This document shows, piece after piece, positions 28,601 through 44,159 of a DNA stretch of 64,000 nucleotides (positions are counted from its first letter, which is position 1; each line of letters opens with the position of its first letter). The notes under the pieces were generated by a model. That model had not been told where the DNA came from. It worked only from the letters and a program-made list of their open reading frames with translations, and searched no databases. The position numbers and the translations under genes are program-made. The stretch comes from Eledone cirrhosa (Eukaryota), in the NCBI GenBank assembly GCA_964016885.1, contig OZ024743.1, positions 26,350,001 to 26,414,000 on the forward strand. Direction: 5' to 3'.

Positions 28601-31600
28601 TGCTTACATGGTATGAATTTCTTACATGGTATGAATTTCTTACATGGTATGAATTGCTTCCATGGTATGAATTGCTTACATGGTATGAATTTCTTACATG
28701 GTATGAATTTCTTACATGGTATGAATTGCTTCCATGGTATGAATTGCTTACATGGTATGAAATTCTTACATGGTATGAATTGCTTACATGGTATGAATTG
28801 CTTCCATGGTATGAATTGCTTACATGGTATGAATTTCTTACATGGTATGAATTTCTTACATGGTATGAATTTCTTACATGGTATGAATTGCTTCCATGGT
28901 ATGAATTGCTTACATGGTATGAATTTCTTACATGGTATGAATTTCTTACATGGTATGAATTGCTTCCATGGTATGAATTGCTTACATGGTATGAATTTCT
29001 TACATGGTATGAATTTCTTACATGGTATGAATTGCTTCCATGGTATAAATTGCTTACATGGTATGAATTTCTTACATGGTATGAATTGCTTACATGGTAT
29101 GAATTGCTTACATGGTATGAATTTCTTACATGTTATGAATTGCTTCCATAATATGAATTTCTTACATGGTATGAATTTCTTACATGGTATGAATTTCTTA
29201 CATGGTATGAATTTCTTACATGGTATGAATTGCTTCCATGGTATGAATTGCTTACATGGTATGAATTTCTTACATGGTATGAATTGCTTACATGGTATGA
29301 ATTGCTTACATGGTATGAATTTCTTACATGGTATGAATTGCTTCCATAATATGAATTTCTTACATGGTATGAATTTCTTACATGGTATGAATTTCTTACA
29401 TTGTATTAATTTCTTACATGGTATGAATTGCTTCCATGGTATGAATTGCTTACATGGTATGAATTTCTTACATGGTATGAATTGCCTCCATGGTATGAAT
29501 TGCTTACATGGTATGAATTTCTTACATGGTATGAATTGCTTACATGGTATGAATTGCTTACATGGTATGAATTTCTTACATGGTATGAATTGCTTCCATA
29601 ATATGAATTTCTTACATGGTATGAATTTCTTACATGGTATGAATTGCTTCCATGGTATGAATTGCTTACATGGTATGAATTGCTTACATGGTATGAATTT
29701 CTTACATGGTATGAATTGCCTCCATGGTATGAATTTCTTACATGGTATGAATTGCTTACATGGTATGAATTGCTTACATGGTATGAATTGCTTACATGGT
29801 ATGAATTTCTTACATGGTATGAATTGCTTCCATGGTATGAATTTCTTACATGGTATGAATTGCTTACATGGTATGAATTGCTTACATGGTATGAATTGCT
29901 TACATGGTATGAATTGCTTACATGGTATGAATTGCTTACATGGTATGAATTTCTTACATGGTATGAATTGCTTCCATGGTATGAATTTCTTACATGGTAT
30001 GAATTGCTTACATGGTATGAATTGCTTACATGGTATGAATTGCTTACATGGTATGAATTTCTTACATGGCATGAATTTCTTACATGGTATGAATTGCTTC
30101 CATGGTATGAATTGCTTACATGGTATGAATTTCTTACATGGTATGAATTTCTTACATGGTATGAATTGCTTCCATGGTATGAATTGCTTACATGGTATGA
30201 ATTTCTTACATGGTATGAATTTCTTACATGGTATGAATTGCTTCCATGGTATGAATTGCTTACATAGTATGAATTTCTTACATGGTATGAATTGCTTACA
30301 TGGTATAAATTGCTTACATGGTATGAATTTCTTACATGGTATGAATTTCTTACATGGTATGAATTGCTTCCATGGTATGAATTGCTTACATGGTATGAAT
30401 TGCTTACATGGTATGAATTTCTTACATGGTATGAATTTCTTACATGGTATGAATTGCTTACATGGTATGAATTGCTTACATGGTATGAATTGCTTCCATA
30501 ATATGAATTTCCTACATGGTATGAATTGCTTACATGGTATGAATTTCTTACATGGTATGAATTGCTTCCATAATATGAATTTCTTACATGGTATGAATTT
30601 CTTACATGGTTGTAATTTCTTACATGGTATGAATTTCTTACATGGTATGAATTGCTTACATGGTATGAATTGCTTACATGGTATGAATTGCTTACATGGT
30701 ATGAATTGCTTCCATAATATGAATTTCCTACATGGTATGAATTGCTTACATGGTATGAATTTCTTACATGGTATGAATTGCTTCCATAATATGAATTTCT
30801 TACATGGTATGAATTTCTTACATGGTATGAATTGCTTACATGGTATGAATTGCTTACATGGTATGAATTTCTTACATGGTATGAATTGCTTCCATAATAT
30901 GAATTTCTTACATGGTATGAATTTCTTACATGGTATGAATTGCTTCCATAATATGAATTTCTTTCATGGTATGAATTTCTTACATGGTATGAATTTCTTA
31001 CAGGGTATGAATTTCTTTCATGGTATGAATTTCTTACATGGTATGAATTGCTTCCATGGTATGAATTGCTTACATGGTATGAATTGCTTACATGGTATGC
31101 ATTGCTTACATGGTATGAATTTCTTACATGTATGAATTGCTTCCATAATATGAATTTCTTACATGGTATGAATTTCTTACATGGTATGAATTGCTTACAT
31201 GGTATGAATTGCTTCCATAATATGAATTTCTTACATGGTATGAATTTCTTACATGGTATGAATTGCTTCCATAATATGAATTTCTTACATGGTGTGAATT
31301 TCTTACATGGTATGAATTGCTTCCATAGTATGAATTGCTTACATGGTATGAATTTCTTACATGGTATGAATTTCTTACATGGTATGAATTGCTTCCATGG
31401 TATGAATTGCTTACATGGTATGAATTTCTTACATGGTATGAATTGCTTACATGGTATGAATTTCTTACATGGTATGAATTGCTTCCATAATATGAATTTC
31501 TTACATGGTATGAATTTCTTACATGGTATGAATTTCTTACATGGTATGAATTTCTTACATGTTATGAATTGCTTCCATGGTATGAATTGCTTACATGGTA

Positions 31601-34600
31601 TGAATTTCTTACATGGTATGAATTGCTTACATGGTATGAATTGCTTACATGATATGAATTTCTTACATGGTATGAATTGCTTCCATAATATGAATTTCTT
31701 ACATGGTATGAATTTCTTACATGGTATGAATTGCTTACATGGTATGAATTGCTTCCATGGTATGAATTGCTTACATGGTATGAATTGCTTACATGGTATG
31801 AATTTCTTACATGGTATGAATTTCTTACATGGTATGAATTGCTTCCATAATATGAATTTCTTACATGGTATGAATTTCTTACATGGTATGAATTGCTTAC
31901 ATGGTATGAATTGCTTACATGGTATGAATTTCTTACATGGTATGAATTGCTTACACAGTATGAATTGCTTACATGGTATGAATTTCTTACATGGTATGAA
32001 TTGCTTCCATAATATGAATTTCTTACATGGTATGAATTTCTTACATGGTATGAATTTCTTACATGGTATGAATTGCTTACATGGTATGAATTGCTTACAT
32101 GGTATGAATTTCTTACATGGTATGAATTGCTTACATGGTATGAATTGCTTACATGGTATGAATTTCTTACATGGTATGAATTGCTTCCATAATATGAATT
32201 TCTTACATGGTATGAATTTCTTACATGGTATGAATTTCTTACATTGTATTAATTTCTTTCATGGTATGAATTGCTTCCATGGTATGAATTGCTTACATGG
32301 TATGAATTTCTTACATGGTATGAATTGCTTCCATGGTATGAATTGCTTACATGGTATGAATTGCTTACATGGTATGAATTTCTTACATGGTATGAATTTC
32401 TTACATGGTATGAATTGCTTACATGGTATGAATTGCTTACATGGTATGAATTGCTTCCATAATATGAATTTCCTACATGGTATGAATTGCTTACATGGTA
32501 TGAATTTCTTACATGGTATGAATTGCTTCCATAATATGAATTTCTTACATGGTATGAATTTCTTACATGGTTGTAATTTCTTACATGGTATGAATTTCTT
32601 ACATGGTATGAATTGCTTACATGGTATGAATTGCTTACATGGTATGAATTGCTTACATGGTATGAATTGCTTCCATAATATGAATTTCCTACATGGTATG
32701 AATTGCTTACATGGTATGAATTTCTTACATGGTATGAATTGCTTCCATAATATGAATTTCTTACATGGTATGAATTTCTTACATGGTATGAATTGCTTAC
32801 ATGGTATGAATTGCTTACATGGTATGAATTTCTTACATGGTATGAATTGCTTCCATAATATGAATTTCTTACATGGTATGAATTTCTTACATGGTATGAA
32901 TTGCTTCCATAATATGAATTTCTTTCATGGTATGAATTTCTTACATGGTATGAATTTCTTACAGGGTATGAATTTCTTACATGGTATGAATTTCTTACAT
33001 GGTATGAATTGCTTCCATGGTATGAATTGCTTACATGGTATGAATTGCTTACATGGTATGCATTGCTTACATGGTATGAATTTCTTACATGTATGAATTG
33101 CTTCCATAATATGAATTTCTTACATGGTATGAATTTCTTACATGGTATGAATTGCTTACATGGTATGAATTGCTTCCATAATATGAATTTCTTACATGGT
33201 ATGAATTTCTTACATGGTATGAATTGCTTCCATAATATGAATTTCTTACATGGTGTGAATTTCTTACATGGTATGAATTGCTTCCATAGTATGAATTGCT
33301 TACATGGTATGAATTTCTTACATGGTATGAATTTCTTACATGGTATGAATTGCTTCCATGGTATGAATTGCTTACATGGTATGAATTTCTTACATGGTAT
33401 GAATTGCTTACATGGTATGAATTTCTTACATGGTATGAATTGCTTCCATAATATGAATTTCTTACATGGTATGAATTTCTTACATGGTATGAATTTCTTA
33501 CATGGTATGAATTTCTTACATGTTATGAATTGCTTCCATGGTATGAATTGCTTACATGGTATGAATTTCTTACATGGTATGAATTGCTTACATGGTATGA
33601 ATTGCTTACATGATATGAATTTCTTACATGGTATGAATTGCTTCCATAATATGAATTTCTTACATGGTATGAATTTCTTACATGGTATGAATTGCTTACA
33701 TGGTATGAATTGCTTCCATGGTATAAATTGCTTACATGGTATGAATTGCTTACATGGTATGAATTTCTTACATGGTATGAATTTCTTACATGGTATGAAT
33801 TGCTTCCATAATATGAATTTCTTACATGGTATGAATTTCTTACATGGTATGAATTGCTTACATGGTATGAATTGCTTACATGGTATGAATTTCTTACATG
33901 GTATGAATTGCTTACACGGTATGAATTGCTTACATGGTATGAATTTCTTACATGGTATGAATTGCTTCCATAATATGAATTTCTTACATGGTATGAATTT
34001 CTTACATGGTATGAATTTCTTACATGGTATGAATTGCTTACATGGTATGAATTGCTTACATGGTATGAATTTCTTACATGGTATGAATTGCTTACATGGT
34101 ATGAATTGCTTACATGGTATGAATTTCTTACATGGTATGAATTGCTTCCATAATATGAATTTCTTACATGGTATGAATTTCTTACATGGTATGAATTTCT
34201 TACATTGTATTAATTTCTTACATGGTATGAATTGCTTCCATGGTATGAATTGCTTACATGGTATGAATTTCTTACATGGTATGAATTGCCTCCATGGTAT
34301 GAATTGCTTACATGGTATGAATTTCTTACATGGTATGAATTGCTTACATGGTATGAATTGCTTACATGGTATGAATTTCTTACATGGTATGAATTGCTTC
34401 CATAATGTGAATTTCTTACATGGTATGAATTTCTTACATGGTATGAATTGCTTCCATGGTATGAATTGCTTACATGGTATGAATTTCTTACATGGTATGA
34501 ATTGCTTACATGGTATGAATTGCTTACATGGTATGAATTTCTTACATGGTATGAATTGCTTCCATGGTATGAATTTCTTACATGGTATGAATTGCTTACA

Positions 34601-37600
34601 TGGTATGAATTGCTTACATGGTATGAATTGCTTACATGGTATGAATTTCTTACATGGCATGAATTTCTTACATGGTATGAATTGCTTCCATGGTATGAAT
34701 TGCTTACATGGTATGAATTTCTTACATGGTATGAATTTCTTACATGGTATGAATTGCTTCCATGGTATGAATTGCTTACATGGTATGAATTTCCTACATG
34801 GTATGAATTTCTTACATGGTATGAATTGCTTCCATGGTATGAATTGCTTTCATAGTATGAATTTCTTACATGGTATGAATTGCTTACATGGTATAAATTG
34901 CTTACATGGTATGAATTTCTTACATGGTATGAATTGCTTCCATAATATGAATTTCTTACATGGTATGAATTTCTTACATGGTTGTAATTTCTTACATGGT
35001 ATGAATTTCTTACATGGTATGAATTGCTTACATGGTATGAATTGCTTACTTGGTATGAATTGCTTACATGGTATGAATTTCTTACATGGTATGAATTGCT
35101 TACATGGTATGAATTGCTTACATGGTATGAATTTCTTACATGGTATGAATTGCTTACACGGTATGAATTGCTTACATGGTATGAATTTCTTACATGGTAT
35201 GAATTGCTTCCATAATATGAATTTCTTACATGGTATGAATTTCTTACATGGTATGAATTTCTTACATGGTATGAATTTCTTACATGGTATGAATTTCTTA
35301 CATGGTATGAATTTCTTACATGGTATGAATTTCTTACATGGTATGAATTTCTTACATGGTATGAATTGCTTACATGGTATGAATTGCTTACATGGTATGA
35401 ATTTCTTACATGGTATGAATTGCTTCCATAATATGAATTTTTTACATGGTATGAATTTCTTACATGGTATGAATTGCTTCCATGGTATGAATTGCTTACA
35501 TGGTATGAATTTCTTACATGGTATGAATTGCTTACATGGTATGAATTGCTTACATGGTATGAATTGCTTACATGGTATGAATTTCTTACATGGTATGAAT
35601 TGCTTCCATGGTATGAATTGCTTCCATGGTATGAATTTCTTACATGGTATGAATTTCTTACATGGTATGAATTTCTTACATGGTATGAATTTCTTACATG
35701 GTATGAATTGCTTCCATAATATGAATTTCTTACATGGTATGAATTTCTTACATGGTATGAATTGCTTCCATGGTATGAATTGCTTACATGGTATGAATTT
35801 CTTACATGGTATGAATTGCTTACATGGTATGAATTGCTTACATGGTATGAATTTCTTACATGGTATGAATTGCTTCCATGGTATGCATTTCTTACATGGT
35901 ATGAATTGCTTCCATGGTATGAATTGCTTACATGGTATGAATTGCTTACATGGTATGAATTTCTTACATGGCATGAATTTCTTACATGGTATGAATTGCT
36001 TCCATGGTATGAATTGCTTACATGGTATGAATTTCTTACATGGTATGAATTTCTTACATGGTATGAATTGCTTCCATGGTATGAATTGCTTACATGGTAT
36101 GAATTTCTTACATGGTATGAATTTCTTACATGGTATGAATTGCTTCCATGGTATGAATTGCTTACATAGTATGAATTTCTTACATGGTATGAATTGCTTA
36201 CATGGTATAAATTGCTTACATGGTATGAATTTCTTACATGGTATGAATTGCTTCCATAATATGAATTTCTTACATGGTATGAATTTCTTACATGGTTGTA
36301 ATTTCTTACATGGTATGAATTTCTTACATGGTATGAATTGCTTACATGGTATGAATTGCTTACATGGTATGAATTGCTTACATGGTATGAATTGCTTCCA
36401 TAATGTGAATTTCCTACATGGTATGAATTGCTTACATGGTATGAATTTCTTTCATGGTATGAATTTCTTACATGGTATGAATTTCTTACATGGTATGAAT
36501 TGCTTCCATAATATGAATTTCTTACATGGTATGAATTTCTTACATGGTATGAATTGCTTACATGGTATGAATTGCTTACATGGTATGAATTTCTTACATG
36601 GTATGAATTTCTTACATGGTATGAATTGCTTCCATAATATGAATTTCTTACATGGTATGAATTTCTTACATGGTATGAATTGCTTACATGGTATGAATTG
36701 CTTACATGGTATGAATTTCTTACATGGTATGAATTGCTTACACGGTATGAATTGCTTACATGGTATGAATTTCTTACATGGTATGAATTGCTTCCATAAT
36801 ATGAATTTCTTACATGGTATGAATTTCTTACATGGTATGAATTTCTTACATGGTATGAATTGCTTACATGGTATGAATTGCTTACATGGTATGAATTTCT
36901 TACATGGTATGAATTTCTTACATGGTATGAATTGCTTACATGGTATGAATTTCTTACATGGTATGAATTGCTTCCATAATATGAATTTCTTACATGGTAT
37001 GAATTTCTTACATGGTATGAATTTCTTACATTGTATTAATTTCTTACATGGTATGAATTGCTTCCATGGTATGAATTGCTTACATGGTATGAATTTCTTA
37101 CATGGTATGAATTGCTTCCATGGTATGAATTGCTTACATGGTATGAATTGCTTACATGGTATGAATTTCTTACATGGTATGAATTTCTTACATGGTATGA
37201 ATTGCTTACATGGTATGAATTGCTTACATGGTATGAATTGCTTCCGTAATATGAATTTCCTACATGGTATGAATTGCTTACATGGTATGAATTTCTTACA
37301 TGGTATGAATTGCTTCCATAATATGAATTTCTTACATGGTATGAATTTCTTACATGGTTGTGATTTCTTACATGGTATGAATTTCTTACATGGTATGAAT
37401 TGCTTACATGGTATGAATTGCTTACATGGTATGAATTGCTTACATGGTATGAATTGCTTCCATAATATGAATTTCCTACATGGTATGAATTGCTTACATG
37501 GTATGAATTTCTTACATGGTATGAATTGCTTCCATAATATGAATTTCTTACATGGTATGAATTTCTTACATGGTATGAATTGCTTACATGGTATGAATTG

Positions 37601-40600
37601 CTTACATGGTATGAATTTCTTACATGGTATGAATTGCTTCCATAATATGAATTTCTTACATGGTATGAATTTCTTACATGGTATGAATTGCTTCCATAAT
37701 ATGAATTTCTTTCATGGTATGAATTTCTTACATGGTATGAATTTCTTACAGGGTATGAATTTCTTACATGGTATGAATTTCTTACATGGTATGAATTGCT
37801 TCCATGGTATGAATTGCTTACATGGTATGAATTGCTTACATGGTATGCATTGCTTACATGGTATGAATTTCTTACATGTATGAATTGCTTCCATAATATG
37901 AATTTCTTACATGGTATGAATTTCTTACATGGTATGAATTGCTTACATGGTATGAATTGCTTCCATAATATGAATTTCTTACATGGTATGAATTTCTTAC
38001 ATGGTATGAATTGCTTCCATAATATGAATTTCTTACATGGTGTGAATTTCTTACATGGTATGAATTGCTTCCATAGTATGAATTGCTTACATGGTATGAA
38101 TTTCTTACATGGTATGAATTTCTTACATGGTATGAATTGCTTCCATGGTATGAATTGCTTACATGGTATGAATTTCTTACATGGTATGAATTGCTTACAT
38201 GGTATGAATTTCTTACATGGTATGAATTGCTTCCATAATATGAATTTCTTACATGGTATGAATTTCTTACATGGTATGAATTTCTTACATGGTATGAATT
38301 TCTTACATGTTATGAATTGCTTCCATGGTATGAATTGCTTACATGGTATGAATTTCTTACATGGTATGAATTGCTTACATGGTATGAATTGCTTACATGA
38401 TATGAATTTCTTACATGGTATGAATTGCTTCCATAATATGAATTTCTTACATGGTATGAATTTCTTACATGGTATGAATTGCTTACATGGTATGAATTGC
38501 TTCCATGGTATGAATTGCTTACATGGTATGAATTGCTTACATGGTATGAATTTCTTACATGGTATGAATTTCTTACATGGTATGAATTGCTTCCATAATA
38601 TGAATTTCTTACATGGTATGAATTTCTTACATGGTATGAATTGCTTACATGGTATGAATTGCTTACATGGTATGAATTTCTTACATGGTATGAATTGCTT
38701 ACACGGTATGAATTGCTTACATGGTATGAATTTCTTACATGGTATGAATTGCTTCCATAATATGAATTTCTTACATGGTATGAATTTCTTACATGGTATG
38801 AATTTCTTACATGGTATGAATTGCTTACATGGTATGAATTGCTTACATGGTATGAATTTCTTACATGGTATGAATTGCTTACATGGTATGAATTGCTTAC
38901 ATGGTATGAATTTCTTACATGGTATGAATTGCTTCCATAATATGAATTTCTTACATGGTATGAATTTCTTACATGGTATGAATTTCTTACATTGTATTAA
39001 TTTCTTACATGGTATGAATTGCTTCCATGGTATGAATTGCTTACATGGTATGAATTTCTTACATGGTATGAATTGCCTCCATGGTATGAATTGCTTACAT
39101 GGTATGAATTTCTTACATGGTATGAATTGCTTACATGGTATGAATTGCTTACATGGTATGAATTTCTTACATGGTATGAATTGCTTCCATAATGTGAATT
39201 TCTTACATGGTATGAATTTCTTACATGGTATGAATTGCTTCCATGGTATGAATTGCTTACATGGTATGAATTTCTTACATGGTATGAATTGCTTACATGG
39301 TATGAATTGCTTACATGGTATGAATTGCTTCCATGGTATGAATTTCTTACATGGTATGAATTGCTTACATGGTATGAATTGCTTACATGGTATGAATTGC
39401 TTACATGGTATGAATTTCTTACATGGCATGAATTTCTTACATGGTATGAATTGCTTCCATGGTATGAATTGCTTACATGGTATGAATTTCTTACATGGTA
39501 TGAATTTCTTACATGGTATGAATTGCTTCCATGGTATGAATTGCTTACATGGTATGAATTTCCTACATGGTATGAATTTCTTACATGGTATGAATTGCTT
39601 CCATGGTATGAATTGCTTACATAGTATGAATTTCTTACATGGTATGAATTGCTTACATGGTATAAATTGCTTACATGGTATGAATTTCTTACATGGTATG
39701 AATTGCTTCCATAATATGAATTTCTTACATGGTATGAATTTCTTACATGGTTGTAATTTCTTACATGGTATGAATTTCTTACATGGTATGAATTGCTTAC
39801 ATGGTATGAATTGCTTACATGGTATGAATTGCTTACATGGTATGAATTTCTTACATGGTATGAATTGCTTACATGGTATGAATTGCTTACATGGTATGAA
39901 TTTCTTACATGGTATGAATTGCTTACACGGTATGAATTGCTTACATGGTATGAATTTCTTACATGGTATGAATTGCTTCCATAATATGAATTTCTTACAT
40001 GGTATGAATTTCTTACATGGTATGAATTTCTTACATGGTATGAATTTCTTACATGGTATGAATTTCTTACATGGTATGAATTTCTTACATGGTATGAATT
40101 TCTTACATGGTATGAATTGCTTACATGGTATGAATTGCTTACATGGTATGAATTTCTTACATGGTATGAATTGCTTCCATAATATGAATTTTTTACATGG
40201 TATGAATTTCTTACATGGTATGAATTGCTTCCATGGTATGAATTGCTTACATGGTATGAATTTCTTACATGGTATGAATTGCTTACATGGTATGAATTGC
40301 TTACATGGTATGAATTGCTTACATGGTATGAATTTCTTACATGGTATGAATTGCTTCCATGGTATGAATTGCTTCCATGGTATGAATTTCTTACATGGTA
40401 TGAATTTCTTACATGGTATGAATTTCTTACATGGTATGAATTTCTTACATGGTATGAATTGCTTCCATAATATGAATTTCTTACATGGTATGAATTTCTT
40501 ACATGGTATGAATTGCTTCCATGGTATGAATTGCTTACATGGTATGAATTTCTTACATGGTATGAATTGCTTACATGGTATGAATTGCTTACATGGTATG

Positions 40601-42201
40601 AATTTCTTACATGGTATGAATTGCTTCCATGGTATGCATTTCTTACATGGTATGAATTGCTTCCATGGTATGAATTGCTTACATGGTATGAATTGCTTAC
40701 ATGGTATGAATTTCTTACATGGCATGAATTTCTTACATGGTATGAATTGCTTCCATGGTATGAATTGCTTACATGGTATGAATTTCTTACATGGTATGAA
40801 TTTCTTACATGGTATGAATTGCTTCCATGGTATGAATTGCTTACATGGTATGAATTTCTTACATGGTATGAATTTCTTACATGGTATGAATTGCTTCCAT
40901 GGTATGAATTGCTTACATAGTATGAATTTCTTACATGGTATGAATTGCTTACATGGTATAAATTGCTTACATGGTATGAATTTCTTACATGGTATGAATT
41001 GCTTCCATAATATGAATTTCTTACATGGTATGAATTTCTTACATGGTTGTAATTTCTTACATGGTATGAATTTCTTACATGGTATGAATTGCTTACATGG
41101 TATGAATTGCTTACATGGTATGAATTGCTTACATGGTATGAATTGCTTCCATAATATGAATTTCCTACATGGTATGAATTGCTTACATGGTATGAATTTC
41201 TTTCATGGTATGAATTTCTTACATGGTATGAATTTCTTACATGGTATGAATTGCTTCAATAATATGAATTTCTTACATGGTATGAATTTCTTACATGGTA
41301 TGAATTGCTTACATGGTATGAATTGCTTACATGGTATGAATTGCTTCCATAGTATGAATTGCTTACATGGTATGAATTTCTTACATGGTATGAATTGCTT
41401 CCATGGTATGAATTGCTTACATGGTATGAATTTCTTACATGGTATGAATTGCTTACATGGTATGAATTGCTTACATGGTATGAATTTCTTACATGGTATG
41501 AATTGCTTCCATAATATGAATTTCTTACATGGTATGAATTTCTTACATGGTATGAATTTATTAGATGGTATGAATTTCTTACATGGTATGAATTGCCTCC
41601 ATGGTATGAATTGCTTACATGGTATGAATTTCTTACATGGTATGAATTGCTTACATGGTATGAATTGCTTACATGGTATGAATTTCTTACATGGTATGAA
41701 TTTCTTACATGGTATGAATTTGTTACATGGTATGAATTTCTTACATGGTATGAATTGCTTCCATAGTATGAATTTCTTACATGGTATGAATTTCTTACAT
41801 GGTATGAATTGCTTACACGGTATGAATTGCTTACATGGTATGAATTTCTTACATGGTATGAATTGCTTTCATAATATGAATTTCTTACATGGTATGAATT
41901 TCTTACATGGTATGAATTACTTACATGGTATGAATTTCTTACATGGTATGAATTTCTTACATGGTATGAATTTCTTACATGGTATGAATTGCTTCCATGG
42001 TATGAATTGCTTACATGGTATGAATTTCTTACATGGTATGAATTTCTCACATGGTATGAATTGCTTCCATGGTATGAATTGCTTACATGGTATGAATTTC
42101 TTACATGGTATGAATTTCTTACATGGTATGAATTGCTTCCATGGTATGAATTGCTTACAAGGTATGAATTGCTTCCATGGTATGAATTGCTTACAAGGTA
42201 T
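22619..42201. repeat. 18-bp satellite array (ATGAATT[G/T]CTT[A/C]CATGGT), about 1090 units
   Basis: Read directly from the sequence; unit count is length divided by 18. Confidence 0.98.
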
Positions 42202-42877
42202 CGATTGATAGACAGCATACTACACTCATGAATATTGGTGAGTCCACATATAAATAAAGCAATTATTTACCGATTCTCTTCTAATTTTCAGTTTCAATCT
42301 CCCATTATTCACGACTAACCCACTCGAAAATCTGTTCCACATAGGTCCTGAACGCTGCCAACATCTTCATCTTCCAATAACATGGTCCCTATGAATCCAA
42401 CATAACCTAATCATACAGATCCCAAATGTGTTGTCTATGTAGCCAACCACCCGAAAATGTTGACAAGCCACAACATCTCTACCATTTAGGAGGTGGTCAC
42501 TCGACAGGCTAGAATTAGCAGCGAAATATCCCTCAAATCACAATCACAAACGTAGAAAAGGATACGTTCCCTAATACTGTCCTGTGTTCCAACCAGATAG
42601 GAAAAATGTTAGGGCGGTCATGGTTGGATTACTAATTGACTTTATTTTATCGACCCGGGAGGTGGGATGAAGGGCAAACTCAGAACGTAAAGACCCGAAA
42701 CATATACAGCACAGTGTTTCATCCAGCACCTTAACGAGTCTATCAGTCCAATACCCTATTATACTCGGTGAAAATGAATGTTATTGAATGTTATTTTGGG
42801 TGCATTCTAGCAGCAGATTGCCTTCTGTAATACTGGTCAGCAAGATTGGTCAACACCTTATTTACCTGAGCTTAGAA

Positions 42878-43058
42878 AATAATTGTTTCTACTTTTGGCA
42901 CAAGGCCAGCAATTACACAGTACATTACTGGTACTTTATTTTATCCGTAAGGATGAAAAGCAAAGTGAACCTCGGCGGGATTTGAACTTAGACCGTAAAG
43001 GGACGTAACTATGCTGGAAAACATGGCGTCCGACTCTCTACCGATACTGCCAATCCAC
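42878..43058 (-). mobile_element. SINE S1
   Basis: Tail, central block, B-box and head on the minus strand. Confidence 0.85.
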
Positions 43059-44159
43059 ATATAATGTTTGTAGGGTATACAATGCTTACCTTGCTTCTTA
43101 GGAATACACGCCACTGATTTGATCACTACCACCCATTTATATATGTAGCGACGTGGTTTAGTCAATCTGGTAACTACTTCTGATCAGATCCGAGAATAGC
43201 TCTTAAAGGACTGTTATCGCATACGGTCTGATCGTATCTGAAGATAGCCCTTAAAAGAACTGTTGTCACATACGGTAAGGATGAACAGACGAAAGCACAA
43301 GTTGAAAGGACGAAGCAAGGCGAGAGATGTAGTTTCGATCAGCTATTTATTTTCACATGAAGCGACGATGTAAAGATGATATGGCAAGATGTGTGTGTCA
43401 GGAAGAGAAAAAAGAAATAAACTATAAAATGACTTTGACCAGATTTATGCAGGCGTGATGAATGAGCCTGTTGCAATTTCGGTTGAACTGCCTGTGAATT
43501 GCGTGACAAAAAGTCTAACTGAGCAGTGAAGATAACCGTAATGTGTGAACTGAATGGCCGTAAGCATGCTGCCTGAAAGTAACCGTTTGCTCCACAGCAT
43601 ATGACTTTAGCGAATGCATGTGGTAAAAAAAATAGCGAGGCATTCTCGAGCTATTGAGTGAATGTGTACGTGAAAAAAGAAGGCCGGTGTTTTGAGGATG
43701 AGATTTGTGAAATGCGTGATCAAAGAGAAAACATTTTGTAGCGTAAGAGTTAGAAGGACACAAATATCTATTGCTCAGTGTATGAACCAAAAGGTGAAAC
43801 AAACGTGGTTTTGTAGTGTGCATGAAAAACAGAATATGTACACGCCTTGTATGTATATAAAAAGTATGGCAATTACACAATTAATGTTACAGAACAAGAA
43901 AAAAAAAACTTTTGCAAAACAAGAGAGAGAAGAAAGAAAAAATGTTATACACAATGATATACACAATGTTTGTTCTTAAATAGTGTTTGTAATAAATAAT
44001 GTTCATAATAAATAATGTTCTTCGTGACATCAGCACATGGTCACTAAAAATTGCAATTGTTCAAGCAGAAAGTTCATTGTATTTGAAACTGGAAATAGTA
44101 AACACAAGGGAAATGGGAATGTTTTGCAAGAAGAATGATTAAGAAACTCACTTGAGGTT

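Noticed and set aside
22619-42201. CRISPR array or telomeric repeat
   Set aside because: No unique spacers, eukaryotic context, and no TTAGGG-like unit.
22588-42231. Giant HGMNFL / FIPCKK / WYELLT ORFs as a protein-coding gene
   Set aside because: An 18-bp unit without stops is open in several frames on both strands by construction. Three propagated frameshifts and no unique coding flanks.
43515-43979. Short ORFs downstream of the Gypsy integrase as an env-like gene
   Set aside because: Short, overlapping on both strands, no recognisable domain.
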